NCBI GenBank assembly: GCA_964019425.1
Contig: OZ025803.1
Coordinates: 930,001-994,000 of the forward strand
Direction of reading: 5' to 3'
Origin: Flectonema sp. DT1601
Taxonomy: Eukaryota
DNA length: 64,000 nucleotides
A program made the position numbers and the translations under genes. Shown here piece by piece: positions 60,681-64,000 of the stretch (position 1 is the stretch's first letter; each line of letters opens with the position of its first letter). The notes below the pieces were generated by a model. It did no database searches. It saw nothing but the letters and a program-made list of their open reading frames with translations, and was not told the DNA's origin.

Positions 60681-61318
60681 ATAAATAAGAAAAAAAAAAA
60701 AAAAAAAAAAGAGCATCTCCCTGCTATCCCTCATATCCCCACAATAATATTATACCTTTTCATTTTCTCTTTCCTTTTCTGGTCTTTTTTTTTTTCTTTT
60801 TTTTCCTTTTTCATACAACGTTTTTTATTTATATATTTTTTTTTTTTTTTTTTTTTCATGTTTGATTATTTCCTCTTCATTTTTTTTTTTTTTTTTTTCT
60901 CTGCCTCTCTCTTAATTCTGTTCGTTTCTTTGAAACGAAAATTCATTTGAATATTATTCCTTGGTCAGCAACCATCATTGTCGCCCTTTGGGCCTGTTAA
61001 AAAAAAATAAAAATAAAAAGAAAGTTTACATCGGGAATAGGGCAGGAGCCAAAAGCTCCCAGTCCGTTACTTCCCACTTTCTCGAAATTCCTTTTTTGGT
61101 CAGCAACCATCATTGTCGCCCTTTGGGCCTGTTAAAAAAAAATAAAAAATAAAAAGAAAGTTTACATCGGGAATAGGGCAGGAGCCAAAAGCTCCCAGTC
61201 CGTTACTTCCCACTTTATCGAAATTCATTGCTAAAGAATTTTACTGCAATGATTTAGATTTCTGTGTGTGTACATCATCAAGTTAAAAAAGTTATTTAAA
61301 CCAGCAAACAAAACAACA

Positions 61319-61880
61319 ATGCCAAAGGAACAGCCACTTATTACTTCCTTCCTAAAGAAGGATGGAAATACACCACCACCAAGATTCAACCTACCTGGAC
61401 CTATAGTAAGAAGCATTGCTAGGCAAGTAAGAGAGGAAAAGGGAAAGAGAAATCAGGTGAAGTGGGAAAAAGAAGAACTGATAGAGATAGGTAGGAGGAT
61501 GTCAGTGGCCACCAACTTAGCAGCAGGGATCAGGGTGTGGAACCAAGGTGAAGGGAACAAGAGACTTGCAGAGACAACTGCAAGACATGCAGTTAAGCTT
61601 TATAGAGAAAGGAACAGTATGCAGGCAGTCAAGCGAAAAGCTGGAAGACCTTCCCACCTTTCAGAAACAAATGAAGAAGAGGTCTTAGCACACCTAAGGA
61701 ACTTAAGAAGGTTTGGTGCTTCAATCAACAGTCTGGTGGTTAAGGCCACAGCCAAGGCCATATACTACAGAAATGACCCACAAAGGGAAATTACATTCAC
61801 AACTGAATGGGCAAAGAAGTTTATGGGTGCAAGAGGATTTGTTTGGCGCTCAGCAACTGCAAGTAAACCCCTTCAAGAGA
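61319..61880 (+). mobile_element. pogo/Tigger-like transposase N-terminus (CENP-B-type HTH), truncated
   Basis: KAGRP...LRRFGASIN...FTTEWAKKFM...GFVWRSAT; no DDE domain follows. Confidence 0.75.
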
Positions 61881-64000
61881 AGAATCTGGAAATGAAACAG
61901 CTAAGACAGGAGCTCCGCAAATCTGGGCCTTCTATAGAGAACGCTGTCAAATGGAAAGAGGCAAGAACGAGAATGAAAAGGATTTTCCGAATGTATCGGA
62001 ATTTAGAAAAGAAAAATTTATTCAAAAAATTACAAGATAAATTTCGTCAAAATCCGTTTACTGCCATAAAAGAAGAACTCCAAAAAGAAGATCCTCAACC
62101 CCCCTCCCTTGATATTCCAGAGGAAAAAATAATTGAACATTTTAAAAACAATTATTGTGACAATGAAAAAAAAAAACTGATTTCACCCATCCCTCTTTTT
62201 TACCTAAGTCTGACTACAAGACAATGGATGATATCCAGTTCCCGAGCTTCGAACAGTTTGGTATTCTCTTATCAAAGAAAAAAAACAAATGTGCCCCTGG
62301 TCCCAATTGCATACCTTATGTTGTATGGAAAAAGGTCCCAACTTTTATGGAAGCACTTTACAAGGTATTAAAGAGAATTTTCGAACTCAAGGCCTATCCG
62401 GATAGTTGGGGCTTAGCATTTGTAACAATGCTCCCAAAGCCCAACTCCGATGGGAAAGACATCTCGAAAACGAGACCGATAGCTGTGGGCAACTGCGACG
62501 GGAAAATTTTTAATACGGTTATTCAGGAAGCCGTCGCAAACCACACTCTTTCTAAATTTAATTTTCAAAAAGGCTTTAGGAAAGGTGTCTCTGGGTGTAT
62601 CGAACATGCCACGATCACCTCAGAGATTTTTAAAGAAGTGAAAGCTCTCCGGAAAAACCTAACAATTGTCTGGGTGGATTTGGCAGATGCCTTCGGCTCA
62701 GTCAAACATCAATTAATTTTCTTTGCTTTAAAATATTTCGGAATTCACGAAAGAATAATCGGTTTCTATAAAAGGTATTATTCCTCCATGCGCGTCCAAA
62801 TCAGAGTTGGAGAAGGCCTGACGCCCACTATCCCTTTTGAAGTTGGTGTCTTTCAAGGCTGCGTTTCCTCCCCAACCCTTTTTAATTTGGTATTCCAACT
62901 ACTGCTCTTTTCCTTAGCAGTTCATCAACAGGAAGCCTACGAGTTTAACAATAAATCCCTCCAACTATTAGTTGCAGCTTTTGCTGATGATTTACAACTT
63001 ACCACGTCATCAAAGGCGGGGGCAAAATTGCTAATCAAGTCGCTCGAACAGTTTCTTTCCTGGTCTCGTGGTATGAAAGCGAAACCCCAGAAATGCATTG
63101 CCCACAGCTTTGTACAAGGGAAACCAGCTAACCCGGACCTGAAGATTAACAATGTTCCGATTACGAATCTCCAGGAAGCTGGAGAGTTCAAATACCTCGG
63201 GCGTTGGTTTGAGCCGAACGCCAAAGAACAGAAATTGCGAGAGCGCCTGACCACTTTTACCAGGAATTTTTTAAAAAAAGTCGACGCCATGCCACTATAT
63301 GGGTCTCAGAAGGCTTGGTCTGTCCAACACTTGTTATTGTCAAGGTTAACATGGAGTTTAATGATCCATGACTTATCTCTCCCTTTTGCCAAAAAAATGG
63401 ACAAAATTATTAAACCTTTTTTGAAGAAATGGTGGGGATTTGTCCGCTCTGCGAACACAGTCATCCTTTTTACCGGTTCAAAGAACACTGTTGGTCTCAG
63501 ACACAAAAGAGTTGAGACACTATATAAACAAGCGCAATCAATTAAACTAGACATCCTCAGATCCTCACAGGACTCTGACATGCACGGTGTCTACAATGTT
63601 ATTATGGAGAAATCGTCCAATTGGTCGAAAAAGTTTTCAGCTTCTGCTGAGTGGGAGCGCCTTATTAAGTTTTTTTCTTACCGTTCTCTTGCGAAGCAAT
63701 CAGCTGGTCTTGGTCACCGATTGCGCGATCTACGTACTACTCGCCCCGATCTCCTTAAGCGTTTTGAAGTGGAAGCCACAGATGAACTACTGAACTCTTT
63801 GAATAAATTACAAGTCCAAGGTCAGTGGAAGGAGTGGTCTAAATGTATGATAAACGACTTCACCTGGAATAAGGTACTTAGGGAGGGAAATCCTGCCTAT
63901 ATCTCATTTCAACTGAAAGCGGTTACAAACACCCTCCCCTCACAAGATAATTTAAAGAGGTGGAACATCACCAATGTGGACCAAAATTGTGTTTTGTGTG
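61881..64000 (+). mobile_element. REL-endonuclease-type non-LTR retrotransposon (HERO/NeSL-like), 5'-truncated, runs off the window
   Basis: Hand translation from ~62176: APGPNCIPY, TRPI, QKGF..GCIEH, DLADAFGSV, GVFQGC, FADDL, ending LPSQDNLKRW...CVLC. One frameshift lies in the A-run near 62170. Confidence 0.88.

Overview
Eukaryotic nuclear DNA, most likely from a diplonemid (Euglenozoa). The evidence is a Diplonema-type spliced-leader (SL) sequence, a euglenozoan-type nuclear ATP9, short GT-AG introns and C-terminal SKL signals. The first ~24 kb is a co-directional (all minus-strand) cluster of host genes: two paralogous microproteins, an ankyrin protein, a START-domain protein, a MORN-repeat protein, cytochrome b5, NADAR, a zinc-type dehydrogenase, ATP9 and several hypotheticals. 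The remaining ~40 kb is a nested transposon and repeat hot spot. It holds three families of tyrosine-recombinase (YR) retrotransposons with split direct repeats (VIPER/TATE-like gag-YR-RT/RH order), an intact piggyBac, pogo-like and REL-type non-LTR pieces, a Crinkler/RHS-like REase+kinase gene, a palindromic satellite and two multi-kb duplications. The most striking signal is that two different variants of a VIPER-like YR element end at exactly the same CTGT inside a spliced-leader sequence, which suggests an SL-targeting YR retrotransposon. All family assignments come from motif recognition by eye; no searches were run.
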